Source: an uncultured Desulfofustis sp. (lineage in GTDB: Bacteria > Desulfobacterota > Desulfobulbia > Desulfobulbales > Desulfocapsaceae). Taken from it: DNA of 46,397 nt. Positions within the stretch are counted from its first letter, which is position 1, and each line of letters begins with the position of its first letter. The translations under genes and the position numbers were made by a program. The DNA is taken from the NCBI GenBank assembly GCA_964620665.1, contig CAZUJZ010000001.1:1-46397 (forward strand). The letters are read 5' to 3'. Positions 17,569 to 27,237 of the stretch are shown here, one piece after another. Below the pieces are notes generated by a model. It did no database searches. It saw only the letters and a list, made by a program, of their open reading frames with translations, and had not been told where the DNA came from.

Positions 17569-18679
17569 TTACTTGGCCCAAAGCAGATAGGCCTTGATGA
17601 ACGAGTCGAGACGACCATCGAGCACCGCATCGACATTGCCCATCTCGTGGTCGGTCCGGTGATCCTTGATCAAGCGGTACGGCTGCAGGACATAGGAACG
17701 AATCTGGCTGCCCCAGGCAATTTCCTTTTTCTCGCCATGCAGACTCTGCTGCTCCTCGGCCTGCCTTTCCCGCTCCCGTTCATAGAGGTGGGCGGTCAGC
17801 ATCTTCATGGCCATGTCCTTGTTGCGGTGCTGGGAACGTTCGTTCTGGCACTGCACGACGATGCCGGTGGGCAGATGGGTGATGCGGATCGCCGAATCGG
17901 TCTTGTTCACGTGCTGCCCGCCCGACCCACTGGAGCGATAGGTATCGATCCGCAGCTCCTTTTCATCGATATCGACATGCACCGTATCGTCGAGTTCCGG
18001 CATGACCATGACCGAGGCAAAGGACGTGTGCCGCCTGCCGCTCGCGTCAAAGGGTGAGATGCGCACCAGCCGGTGAATGCCCAGTTCGGAACGAAGATAC
18101 CCATAGGCGTATTTGCCGCTGAAAAAAATCGACACGCTTTTGACTCCCGCCTCATCGCCGGCCAGGTAATCGAGAATCGTCGTTTTGAAGCCCTTGTCTT
18201 CGGCCCAGCGCAGGTACATGCGCATCAGCATGTCGACCCAATCCTGGGCCTCCGTGCCGCCGGCGCCGGCATGGATGGAGACGATCGCGTTATTGGCGTC
18301 ATGTTCGCCGCTGAACATGCACTCCAACTCGGTGATGTCGATATCCTTCTCGATGGCGACCAGGCTCTGGGCGACATCCTGTTCGGCTTCCCCGTCGTTT
18401 TCCTCGACCGCCATCTCGAGAAGCAGTTCGGCCTCCTCGATCTCCTGCCAGGACGCCTCCCAGCTCTTGATAATATCCTGCATCTGGCCGAGCTGTCTCT
18501 GAGTCCGCTGGGCCCGCTCTTTATCCGACCAGAAGTCGGGTGCCAGCGTCTGCCGCTCGAGCTGCTCGACTTCCTCTTTCTTCGCGGCTAAGTCAAAGAT
18601 GCTCCTTCAGGGCGAGCATTCTCTCTTTCATGTCATTGAGCCGTTGATACGATACTGCCGATCCTGTTTCCTGTGCCAT
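17569..18679 (-). CDS. prfB: Peptide chain release factor 2, programmed +1 frameshift: join(18596..18679,17569..18594), 369 aa
   Basis: Minus strand AAGGAG-CAT-CTT-TGA-C (shift site 18592-18598) with an internal SD-like sequence; SPF and GGQ motifs downstream. Confidence 0.95.
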
Positions 18680-18777
18680 ACATCCACTCACGTCTTCAAT
18701 AATGGTAGGTACCGCTCCGCCTCCAACGGGCGAAGCAAATCTTTTCGGCCACTGCCGTAACCCCACTATACAACCAA

Positions 18778-20340
18778 TCAATCGCTTCGTTGAGTCCTTT
18801 TCACACCCGGCAAGAGAATCAACACTGCCGCCAGTGCACTGAGCGGTGCGAAAAGATGGCCGCCACGGACGAACGGACTGCGCTCTTCGAGCAGCACCAC
18901 CGGTGTGACGGCGGACCAGGGGACAAACAGATCCGATTGCCGGACAATCCGCCCGAGTGGATCAACAACGCCGGAAATTCCGGTGTTGGCAGAACGAACC
19001 AGGCTGCGCCTGGTCTCGACCGATCGGAAAATTGTCATCGCCCAGCTCTGATACGGTGCGCTTGACCGGCCGTACCAGGCGTCATTGGTCACATTGACCA
19101 GCACATTGGCCCCCGACGCCACCCAGCGCCGGCCGAGTTCACCGAAAATCGACTCGAAACAGATCAACACCCCGGCCCTGATCGGCCCGGTCACCAGCGG
19201 CTCCTCAATTCGTCCCGGCGTGAAGTGACCGGCCGCCTCGACCAGCGGTGCGATAAACGGCAGAAACCGGCGCAACGGCACATATTCGCCAAAGGGCACC
19301 AGATGAGATTTAAAATACTTCGTCTCGGTCTGCTCCCCCGGCTGCAGCAACAAGGCGCTGTTATAGTAATAAATCAGTCGGCTGCCGCCTTCTTCGAAGA
19401 CCTCGTACCAGGGCGCCCCGGTCAGCAGCGGTTGCCGCTTCTGTCCGACAAAATCGAGAACCGGCAGCATCAACTCGCTGTTGCGCGGGTAGAAAGGCAG
19501 CGCCGTTTCCGGCCAGACAATCAGTTCGGGAGCGGCGGCGGTGCGCAGTGCCTCGCTGAGGTCGAGATAATTCCGCACGGTCCGCTCGCGTTCGGCCGGC
19601 GACCATTTTCGATCCTGCTCGACATTGCCTTGGACGATACCGACCAGCGGCGTCTCGGCATGGCTCAACCGCTCCTCGATCTGGTGCCAGCGCAGCTGCA
19701 CGTAGCCGCCCAACAGAGCACAGATCACCGCTACGGCAACCACCCCGGTTGCGCTCCGACGGGGCATGGAGCGAAAAGCGAGCACCTGGTAGAGCGCGAC
19801 GTTGACCAGCACCACGAAAAAGGTATAACCGTAATGCCCGAACAGGTCTGCAGCCTGGATCAGACGGGGGGACGCCCAGAAACCATAGCCCAGGTCCATC
19901 CACGGAAAACCGGAGAACAGCCAGGAACGCAGCCAGTCCAGGCCGACCCAGAGGGCGGCCGCGCCGAAAAGGCAGGACAGTCCCGGCCCTCGCTCCATCA
20001 GCCGCCGAAAACCGACACAAAAGACGCCGAGATACAGGCCCATATAGCCGGCCAACAGCAGCAACGCCGGCACCGCCAGGTACCAGGGCAGATGACCGTA
20101 GTTCATCAGGACCGGGACGATCCAGTAAATCTGCAGCAGATAAAAGAGGATGCCGGCAGCAAGACCACGCCCGAAGGCCTGCCGGTAAGAGGGGGCCACG
20201 GCAACCGAGAGCAGCAGCGGCACCAGGCAGATCAACAGCAGCGGCCAACAGGAAAAGCGCCCGGGCAGGGCCAGCCAGGTCAGCAGTGGCGTCGCCAGGC
20301 TGCCGGCGACCTGCATCGACAGCCGGTGCCGGTCCATCAC
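18778..20340 (-). CDS. lnt: Apolipoprotein N-acyltransferase
   Basis: Multi-TM N-terminus; VWPETA, KSHLVPFGEYVP, ICFESIF, NDAWYG, RSANTGIS. Start is 20340 or 20337. Confidence 0.93.
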   Translation of the reverse strand: MMDRHRLSMQVAGSLATPLLTWLALPGRFSCWPLLLICLVPLLLSVAVAPSYRQAFGRGLAAGILFYLLQIYWIVPVLMNYGHLPWYLAVPALLLLAGYMGLYLGVFCVGFRRLMERGPGLSCLFGAAALWVGLDWLRSWLFSGFPWMDLGYGFWASPRLIQAADLFGHYGYTFFVVLVNVALYQVLAFRSMPRRSATGVVAVAVICALLGGYVQLRWHQIEERLSHAETPLVGIVQGNVEQDRKWSPAERERTVRNYLDLSEALRTAAAPELIVWPETALPFYPRNSELMLPVLDFVGQKRQPLLTGAPWYEVFEEGGSRLIYYYNSALLLQPGEQTETKYFKSHLVPFGEYVPLRRFLPFIAPLVEAAGHFTPGRIEEPLVTGPIRAGVLICFESIFGELGRRWVASGANVLVNVTNDAWYGRSSAPYQSWAMTIFRSVETRRSLVRSANTGISGVVDPLGRIVRQSDLFVPWSAVTPVVLLEERSPFVRGGHLFAPLSALAAVLILLPGVKRTQRSD

Positions 20341-21221
20341 CCGCCGTCCGTCTGTCCGGGGAGAACGATTTTGACTTTCTTGATCCGGCGCCTGCCGGCC
20401 GACTGAACGATAAGCCGGACATCGCCGATCGTTACCAGATCGCCTTCGGTGCCGATCCTGCCGAGCAGATGAATGATCAAACCGCCGATCGATTCATAGG
20501 GTCCTTCCGGCAGCTTGATCTGCAGTCGTTCCTCGACGTCCTCGATATCGACCCGAGCCCGGACCAGGTACGTGTATTCGTCGACCGTCTCGAAATCGTC
20601 ATTGTCGACGTCGTATTCGTCGTCGATTTCCCCGACGATTTCCTCGAGGACATCTTCCAGCGTCACAAGGCCGCGCACCGCGCCAAACTCGTCCATAACG
20701 ACGGCCATGTGATTCTTCTTCTTCTGGAATTCCTTGAGCAGATCGACGATCGGCTTGCTTTCCGGCACGAAATACGGCTCGTTGAGAAACGCCTGCAAGC
20801 CGGCCGGCTGCTGCACCGTGCCGGTGCAGAGTTGCAGCAGGTCCTTGACATGCAGGATGCCGATGATCTGATCTCCGTTGTCCCGATACACCGGGATCCT
20901 CGTATATCCCTCTTCGATCACCTGCTTGATGATCTCGGGCAGCGGGGTCGACGCCTCGAGGCTGAAAATCTCCGCCGCCGGGGTCATCACCTCGGAGGCG
21001 GAGGTCTCTCTGAATTCGAAAATGGAAGAGATCATCCGCTCTTCAAGGCTGGAAATCAGGCCCTGTTCCTCACCTTCCTCGAGCAGTTCTTGAATTTCGT
21101 GTTCGAGCGCCTCGGTGGTATCCGGCGATCGACCAAAAGGGATGAGTTCGCGCAGTCGTCTGATAAGGGAAGACGACTCCGCTTCCTCCGCAGGGGGGTC
21201 GGCGTCTTTGCTCTTGTCCAT
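20337..21221 (-). CDS. corC: HlyC/CorC-family CBS-domain protein (Mg/Co transport associated)
   Basis: Tandem CBS domains (GYTRIPVY, VMDEFG...GLVTLEDVLEEIVGEI) plus CorC_HlyC C-terminus; usual position upstream of lnt. Confidence 0.8.
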   Translation of the reverse strand: MDKSKDADPPAEEAESSSLIRRLRELIPFGRSPDTTEALEHEIQELLEEGEEQGLISSLEERMISSIFEFRETSASEVMTPAAEIFSLEASTPLPEIIKQVIEEGYTRIPVYRDNGDQIIGILHVKDLLQLCTGTVQQPAGLQAFLNEPYFVPESKPIVDLLKEFQKKKNHMAVVMDEFGAVRGLVTLEDVLEEIVGEIDDEYDVDNDDFETVDEYTYLVRARVDIEDVEERLQIKLPEGPYESIGGLIIHLLGRIGTEGDLVTIGDVRLIVQSAGRRRIKKVKIVLPGQTDGG

Positions 21222-21554
21222 AGTCCTGTTTTTTTTCTCTGGTATAAATCAGGCAGGCCGCTTCTGAGAACGGGCTTTTCCGGGGGCCTGAAAGTGAGAC
21301 GATCAGGCTATTTCTAGGGATTTTTCTGCCAAAAGTCAAGGCGCCTGGATGAAATTGTCCGGGTCCCCCGCCGGCGACACGGTCGGTCGGCGAACCGCGT
21401 CGGTATTTTTACTTTCAATAATTGCCGATGCCGACTATATTAGAGACCTTATCACTAACGATTTTGCCGCTCCCAGGAGCATGAACGATCACCGCCTCAT
21501 CGGCTCCTGCACGTATCAAGCAACCATTATTCATCAGCACAAACGAGGATCTGA

Positions 21555-22958
21555 GTGGAAGGAAAGGTACTCATCGCCAACCGGGGTGAAATTGCCATCC
21601 GTATCATGACTGCCTGTCAGGACCTGGGGCTCGACTACGTCGTGGTCTATACCGAGGCCGATAAAGACTCCGAGCATGTCAGGCGTAACCGGATCGACGG
21701 GCCGGAACAGAACGCCTGGCGCATTACCAGCTATACCGAACCCAACGACATCCTGGCGGTGGCCGATCACTCCGGCTGTACGGCCATCCACCCCGGCTAC
21801 GGTTTTTTTTCCGAAGATTTCCGTTTTGCCCGGCGAACGGCAACGAGAAATCGGCCCATTACCTTTATCGGCCCGAACTGGAAAGTCATCAAGCATCTCG
21901 GCGACAAGATCAACACCAAGCGGGTTGCCAATCAACTCGGCATCCCGACTATTCCGGGGACCGACGCCCCGATCTACAACGAGATGGAGGCCGAGGAGAT
22001 CGCCCTCGATCTGTTGGAAGACCAGCGCGATCAGGGTATCGAAGACCCGTCCATCCTGGTCAAGGCGGCGGCCGGCGGCGGTGGTATGGGCATCGAGGAG
22101 GTCAAGGAGATCGAGCAGTTCCGCCGGATCTATCGGCAATTGCAGAACTATGCCAAACGCCAGTTCGGCGACGGCGGCGTGCTCATCGAACAATGCTTGC
22201 GCGACTATAATCACCTGGAAGTGCAGCTCGTTTGTTCACGCTACAACGAACGGGTCCACTTCAGTTCGCGAAACTGCACCATCCAGTCGACCGGGCGCCA
22301 GAAACGGGTTGAAGCCGCTCCGGGTTTTCACAGCTCCTGTTTCGCTTACGATTTTGACGAGCAGGACGTGCTCGACCGGATCGTCACCTATTCCCTGAAG
22401 CTTGCCGAGCATGTCAACTACGACAACGTTGGCACCTGGGAGTGGATTGTCTCCAGAAGCGGCCAGCCATACCTGCTCGAAGTGAACACCAGGATCCAGG
22501 TGGAGAACGATGTCTCGGCCCGCGTCAGCTATCTCGACAACCGGCAGCCGAACCTGATTCGTGAGCAAATCCGTCTGGCTCTCGGCGAACGGATCGGTTT
22601 CGGTCAGCAGGACATCGTATTTCGCGGCGCGGCCATCGAATTGCGCGTCGTCGCCGAGGACACCCGGCGCGGCTTCACGCCCTGGATCGGCACCATCACC
22701 GATCTGAGTTTTCCGGTCCATGACTGGTCGGCCGTCTACACCCATGTCCCGACTGACCGCCCCTACACCATACCCAGCGATTTCGATCCCAATCTCGCCC
22801 TGGCCTTGGTCTGGGGTGATTCCATGGACGAGGCCAAACAGCGGGCCGCCCGTTTTATCGACGAAACAGTGATCAGGGGCAAAGATTCAGCCGGCGGGCC
22901 GATCATTACCAATCTCAACTATCTGAAAGACAACCTGGATCGTCTGTTGACATTCTAG
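21555..22958 (+). CDS. accC: Biotin carboxylase
   Basis: KVLIANRGEIAIRI, IHPGYGF, KAAAGGGGMG, LEVNTRIQVE; GTG start. Confidence 0.85.
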   Translation: MEGKVLIANRGEIAIRIMTACQDLGLDYVVVYTEADKDSEHVRRNRIDGPEQNAWRITSYTEPNDILAVADHSGCTAIHPGYGFFSEDFRFARRTATRNRPITFIGPNWKVIKHLGDKINTKRVANQLGIPTIPGTDAPIYNEMEAEEIALDLLEDQRDQGIEDPSILVKAAAGGGGMGIEEVKEIEQFRRIYRQLQNYAKRQFGDGGVLIEQCLRDYNHLEVQLVCSRYNERVHFSSRNCTIQSTGRQKRVEAAPGFHSSCFAYDFDEQDVLDRIVTYSLKLAEHVNYDNVGTWEWIVSRSGQPYLLEVNTRIQVENDVSARVSYLDNRQPNLIREQIRLALGERIGFGQQDIVFRGAAIELRVVAEDTRRGFTPWIGTITDLSFPVHDWSAVYTHVPTDRPYTIPSDFDPNLALALVWGDSMDEAKQRAARFIDETVIRGKDSAGGPIITNLNYLKDNLDRLLTF

Positions 22959-22986
22959 CCAGGGGCATCAGGACCGGCACGCATAT

Positions 22987-25254
22987 ATGAAGGAACAGCT
23001 CAAACAACTTCTCAAGATCGAAGAACGGATCGATTACCTGATCCAGATCAAGGATTACTCGAACTGGGGTAATCTCGACGGGTTCAAGGCCGGCTGCGAG
23101 CGGCTGAAACAAAACATCTACGACCTTCCCGACGACCAGTTCCGGGGCGAGGTCAAAAAGCTGCATGACTCGATCGCCTTTCTCGAAGAGCGTGCCGAAG
23201 AACAGCTGACCCCGATGGAGCGGGTCCGTATCGTTCGGAGTATCCAGCGCTTCAGCCTCAAGGACATCTTGGAAAATGTCTACGACGATTACACCGAACT
23301 CGGCGGCCAGGAAGATGCCAATATAGACCCGGCGATGATCTGCGCCAAAGCGACGCTGACCCGAAAAGGTAAGAAAAAGCCTTATACGGTTACCGTCATG
23401 GTCATCGGCCAGGAAAGCGGCCATGGCGAGGAATTCCGCAATGGCGGTTCATGCCGGCCGGAGGGTAACCAAAAGGCGCAGCGTTATATGCGGGTAGCCG
23501 AGACGGAAGGCATTCCGATTCATTTCTACATCTTCACGCCCGGCTCCTACCCGGTCGAGGAGTATCCCGGCGCCGCCCAGCAGATCGCCCGCAATATCTA
23601 TACGATGACCAAACTGCGGGTGCCCTCCGTCTCTTTTATCTCCGAAGGCGGCTCCGGCGGCGCCGAAGCCATCGGTCTGGCCGACTACCGTCTCATGGCC
23701 AGCCACGGCTACTACTCGGTCATCTCCCCGGAAGGGGCCGCAGCCATCGAAGGGAGGGTCCGCGAAGGCAACAAGGCGTCCCGTGAACTGATCGAGCTCT
23801 GTGCGGATCGCTTGCGCCTGACCGCTCTTGACAACCTCAATCACGGCATTATCGATCGAATCGTTCAGGAACCGCCGCTGGGGGCCCGTCGCGACGATTT
23901 CGCCTTTTTTGCCAAACTGCGCTCGGAGATGATCAGTGCCACCGATCGGGTGATCCTGTCGACCAAGAGTTTCAAGTCCTTTCGCACCTGGGAAATCCAC
24001 CGCAAATGGGCCCGGAAGGAGAGCCAGGAGCTGGACATCGAAGTGTCCTGGGATCTGAGCCGGGAAGAGGTGGCACGCCTGCTGCGACAACGCTCGAAAA
24101 AGTATCAGGGCATGGCCACCCACGGCTTCATCGGCCAGCCCGAGGCGCAGCAGGGGCTGCTCCGTCAGGCTTTGGTGTCCACCGAGCACTTCTATTACAC
24201 GCTGCGCTACGACATTTTCAAAAATCACAAACGGCAGGTGCACAAAGTCCTCACCGATGTCTCCGGGGAAGGCTCGGTGATGCTCAAGCGGATCACGGAA
24301 CCGCTGCGCAACGCACTCGCCTTCTTCAGAGAACGCAACCAGAAGAAACCGGCCCGGCTCATCACCTACGCCGGCAACGGGCAGAACGGCAGCCCTCGTC
24401 CCGATCCGTTGGAATTGACGGACACCTATACGAGTCCGTTGGCCAACGAGGACCGCACCGTCACCTGCCCCAACGCCGCCCGGCACGGCTGCAAAGACCT
24501 CTGGGTTCCCGACCTGTACGGTGAATTCGCCGGGGTCTGCGAGACGTGCGGACACCATTTTCCGCTCGAGTACCGCTGGTACCTGAAAAACATCTTCGAT
24601 CCGGGCTCGATCCGATTCTTCAATGCCCAGCTCACCGCCCAGAATCCGCTCGGCTACACCGGTTTTTCCGAGCGACTGCAGGCAGCCAAGGACAAAACGG
24701 GCCGTTCGAGCAGCAATATGACCTTTGCCGCCGCCATCGACGGTATTGAAATCATAGCCACCGTCCTCTATTCCGAATTCAGGAACGGCACGGTCGGTTC
24801 CACCGAAGGTGAAAAATTCGTCCAGGCCTGCAAACTGGCACAACGCAAGAAACGCCCGCTGCTCGCCTACGTCCATACCACCGGCGGCATCAGAATCCAG
24901 GAAGGGACGCTCGGCGTCATCCAGATGCCGAAATGCACCATGGCCATCCGCGAATACATCGACAGCGGCGGCCTCTATATCGTTGTCTACGACAATAACT
25001 CCTATGCCGGGCCGGTGGCTTCGTTCCTCGGCTGCAGCCCGTACCAGTTCGCCATCAGATCCGCCCGGATCGGCTTTGCCGGCCCCCGGGTCATCAGAGA
25101 AACCACCGGTATCAACATCCCGCCCGATTACCACTCGGCCCGCAATGCCCTGAAACGCGGCCATATCCAGGGCATCTGGGATCGCCGGGAATTTCGGCGA
25201 AACCTGTATAAAGCCCTGTTGACCATGGGCAGTCCGAGCCTCTATTATCGCTGA
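22987..25254 (+). CDS. Fused acetyl-CoA carboxylase carboxyltransferase alpha/beta (AccA-AccD)
   Basis: N-half AccA-like (EGGSGGA, YSVISPEGAAAI); C-half AccD-like (Zn finger C...C...CETC, TGGIRIQEG, GFAGPRVI). Confidence 0.85.
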   Translation: MKEQLKQLLKIEERIDYLIQIKDYSNWGNLDGFKAGCERLKQNIYDLPDDQFRGEVKKLHDSIAFLEERAEEQLTPMERVRIVRSIQRFSLKDILENVYDDYTELGGQEDANIDPAMICAKATLTRKGKKKPYTVTVMVIGQESGHGEEFRNGGSCRPEGNQKAQRYMRVAETEGIPIHFYIFTPGSYPVEEYPGAAQQIARNIYTMTKLRVPSVSFISEGGSGGAEAIGLADYRLMASHGYYSVISPEGAAAIEGRVREGNKASRELIELCADRLRLTALDNLNHGIIDRIVQEPPLGARRDDFAFFAKLRSEMISATDRVILSTKSFKSFRTWEIHRKWARKESQELDIEVSWDLSREEVARLLRQRSKKYQGMATHGFIGQPEAQQGLLRQALVSTEHFYYTLRYDIFKNHKRQVHKVLTDVSGEGSVMLKRITEPLRNALAFFRERNQKKPARLITYAGNGQNGSPRPDPLELTDTYTSPLANEDRTVTCPNAARHGCKDLWVPDLYGEFAGVCETCGHHFPLEYRWYLKNIFDPGSIRFFNAQLTAQNPLGYTGFSERLQAAKDKTGRSSSNMTFAAAIDGIEIIATVLYSEFRNGTVGSTEGEKFVQACKLAQRKKRPLLAYVHTTGGIRIQEGTLGVIQMPKCTMAIREYIDSGGLYIVVYDNNSYAGPVASFLGCSPYQFAIRSARIGFAGPRVIRETTGINIPPDYHSARNALKRGHIQGIWDRREFRRNLYKALLTMGSPSLYYR

Positions 25255-25265
25255 TAGCGGGTCCG

Positions 25266-25335
25266 GCTTCCCCTGACCAGCCAATGGAAAACACCCCCGG
25301 CAGGGCTGTTTTCCAGACGGCCGGTCGGGGGAAGC
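25266..25335. other. Long imperfect stem-loop between convergent genes
   Basis: GCTTCCCCTGACC...TGGAAAACA...TGTTTTCCA...GGTCGGGGGAAGC. Confidence 0.5.
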
Positions 25336-25493
25336 AACCACGCTCCATCAGAAACGGCCTGATCGGGGAACCAGACCAAGCCTCACCATCTGCGACTCGC
25401 TTAAGGAGATGTCGGGAGGCCTGCGTCATCCGGGTCCGCACCGGAATGCCTGGGGAGCAGGAAACGGCCCCATATTCTGAGCACCTGCCTTGC

Positions 25494-25841
25494 CTAAAAG
25501 GTAATGAGCTGATACCCCTGATTGAGATACGCCTCTATCGACGGATGCCCCATCAGATCGCCCTGCACCCTGAGCCCCTGGGCCTCGGCGTCCTCGAGGC
25601 TGCCCAGTTTCGCCGAACAGGCCCGGCATACACAGTCGATCAACCCGATGTCCTTAACCTTTTCATAAAGTGAATAAAAGGGCGCCTCGGTATCCTTGAG
25701 AACGGAGACGAGTTTGACGGCCCCCCCTTCGATAACCACTTTGGTCTCGTATCCTTTCTCATGAAAGTCAATGGCATACAATAAAACATGGGCAAAGCAC
25801 ATCATGTCCGGGTTGTAGGTTACCAGTACCACCTTTTTCAT
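25494..25841 (-). CDS. DsrE/F-like small cytoplasmic protein
   Basis: Start moved to ATG 25841 (MKKVVLVTY, GGAGG RBS); CFAH, IEGGAVK, CVCRACS, GHPS...GYQLITF. Confidence 0.7.
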   Translation of the reverse strand: MKKVVLVTYNPDMMCFAHVLLYAIDFHEKGYETKVVIEGGAVKLVSVLKDTEAPFYSLYEKVKDIGLIDCVCRACSAKLGSLEDAEAQGLRVQGDLMGHPSIEAYLNQGYQLITF

Positions 25842-26112
25842 GGTTCCCTCCTGTTTCCTGCGTGTCGGTTCGGTTTCAAGAAAACAGATCAGCGCCCCAT
25901 AGCCGGTATCCGGCAGGACGATCCGTTTTTTCCTCATTGATCTATTCAACCGCAGATCGCCCCTGCCGGCAACGGCTTTTCCGCTGACAGCGCTTTTCCG
26001 CTCCACGCGGGAACCCGATAGCTCTTTTCCCTTTTCTTTTGACTCACCGGGTCAGTGTCGGTATAACCAACCGGTATCAGATAAAGCCTCGCAACATGAC
26101 CCAGGAGCCACC

Positions 26113-27204
26113 ATGTCAAGTCACTTCGGCACATTATTCCGCATTTCAACGTTTGGCGAATCCCATTGCAAGGCGGTCGGGGTGGTCATCGACGGCTGCC
26201 CGCCGGGACTGCGCCTGCACGAAGCAGATATTCAACGGCAACTCGACCGGCGGCGCCCGGGACAATCGAGCCTGACCACCGATCGAAAGGAAGGCGACCT
26301 GGTGACGATCCTGTCGGGTACCGAAAACGGCGTTACCCTGGGCAGCCCGATCGCGCTGAAAGTGGACAACCTCGACCAACGGCCCGGCGATTACGGAGAC
26401 ATGGCAAGCATTCCTCGTCCCTCCCATGCCGATTACACCTATCTCGCCAAATACGGGATCAAGGCGTCGTCCGGCGGCGGCCGGTCGAGCGCCCGGGAGA
26501 CCATCGGCACGGTTGCCTCGGGCGCCGTGGCAGCCAAACTCCTCCGTGAAAAATACGGGGTCGAGATTGTTGCCTGGGTCAGCGGCGTCGGTCCATACGA
26601 GGCCGGTCCGGTCGACCAGGCAACGATCACCAGTGAGCAGATCGATGCAAATGACCTGCGCTGCCCGGACCCGGTCGCGGCCGAACAGATGCGGGCCTTG
26701 ATCGTTTCCCTGAAAGACGCCGGCAATTCCACCGGCGGCGTCGTCTCCTGCATCATCAGAGGGGTGCCCGCCGGGCTGGGCGAGCCGGTCTACGAAAAGC
26801 TCGAGGCCAAACTCGCCCAGGCGATGCTGGCCATCCCGGCAACCAAGGGGTTTGAGATCGGTTCCGGTTTTGCCGGCGCGAAGATGACGGGCTCCGAACA
26901 CAACGATCCGTTCGTCATGAAAGACGGCCTTCTCGGCACGGCGACCAATTATTCGGGCGGTATTCAGGGCGGTATTTCCAATGGCGAGATCGTTCATTTC
27001 CGGGTCGCGTTCAAACCGCCCGCCACTATTTCCCAAGCACAGCAAACCGTGAACTACCAGGGAGACCCCATTACCCTTGAGGCCAAAGGCCGGCATGACC
27101 CCTGCGTGGTGCCGCGCGCCGTAGCGATCGTTGAATCGATGGCCGCCCTGGTGATCATCGACATGGCCATGCGCCAGGAAGCACGCCGGGCATTTCGTCC
27201 CTGA
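26113..27204 (+). CDS. aroC: Chorismate synthase
   Basis: [34 protein letters not shown]. Confidence 0.96.
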   Translation: MSSHFGTLFRISTFGESHCKAVGVVIDGCPPGLRLHEADIQRQLDRRRPGQSSLTTDRKEGDLVTILSGTENGVTLGSPIALKVDNLDQRPGDYGDMASIPRPSHADYTYLAKYGIKASSGGGRSSARETIGTVASGAVAAKLLREKYGVEIVAWVSGVGPYEAGPVDQATITSEQIDANDLRCPDPVAAEQMRALIVSLKDAGNSTGGVVSCIIRGVPAGLGEPVYEKLEAKLAQAMLAIPATKGFEIGSGFAGAKMTGSEHNDPFVMKDGLLGTATNYSGGIQGGISNGEIVHFRVAFKPPATISQAQQTVNYQGDPITLEAKGRHDPCVVPRAVAIVESMAALVIIDMAMRQEARRAFRP

Positions 27205-27237
27205 GCGTTTCGGTTTTCTGCGACGCGAGTATTCCCG

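Noticed and set aside
18593..18781. 62-aa ORF, or prfB as a truncated/pseudogene
   Set aside because: Its 3' part is the first segment of prfB before the CTT-TGA-C programmed frameshift.
23449..25341. 630-aa minus-strand ORF
   Set aside because: Antisense shadow of the accA/accD fusion.
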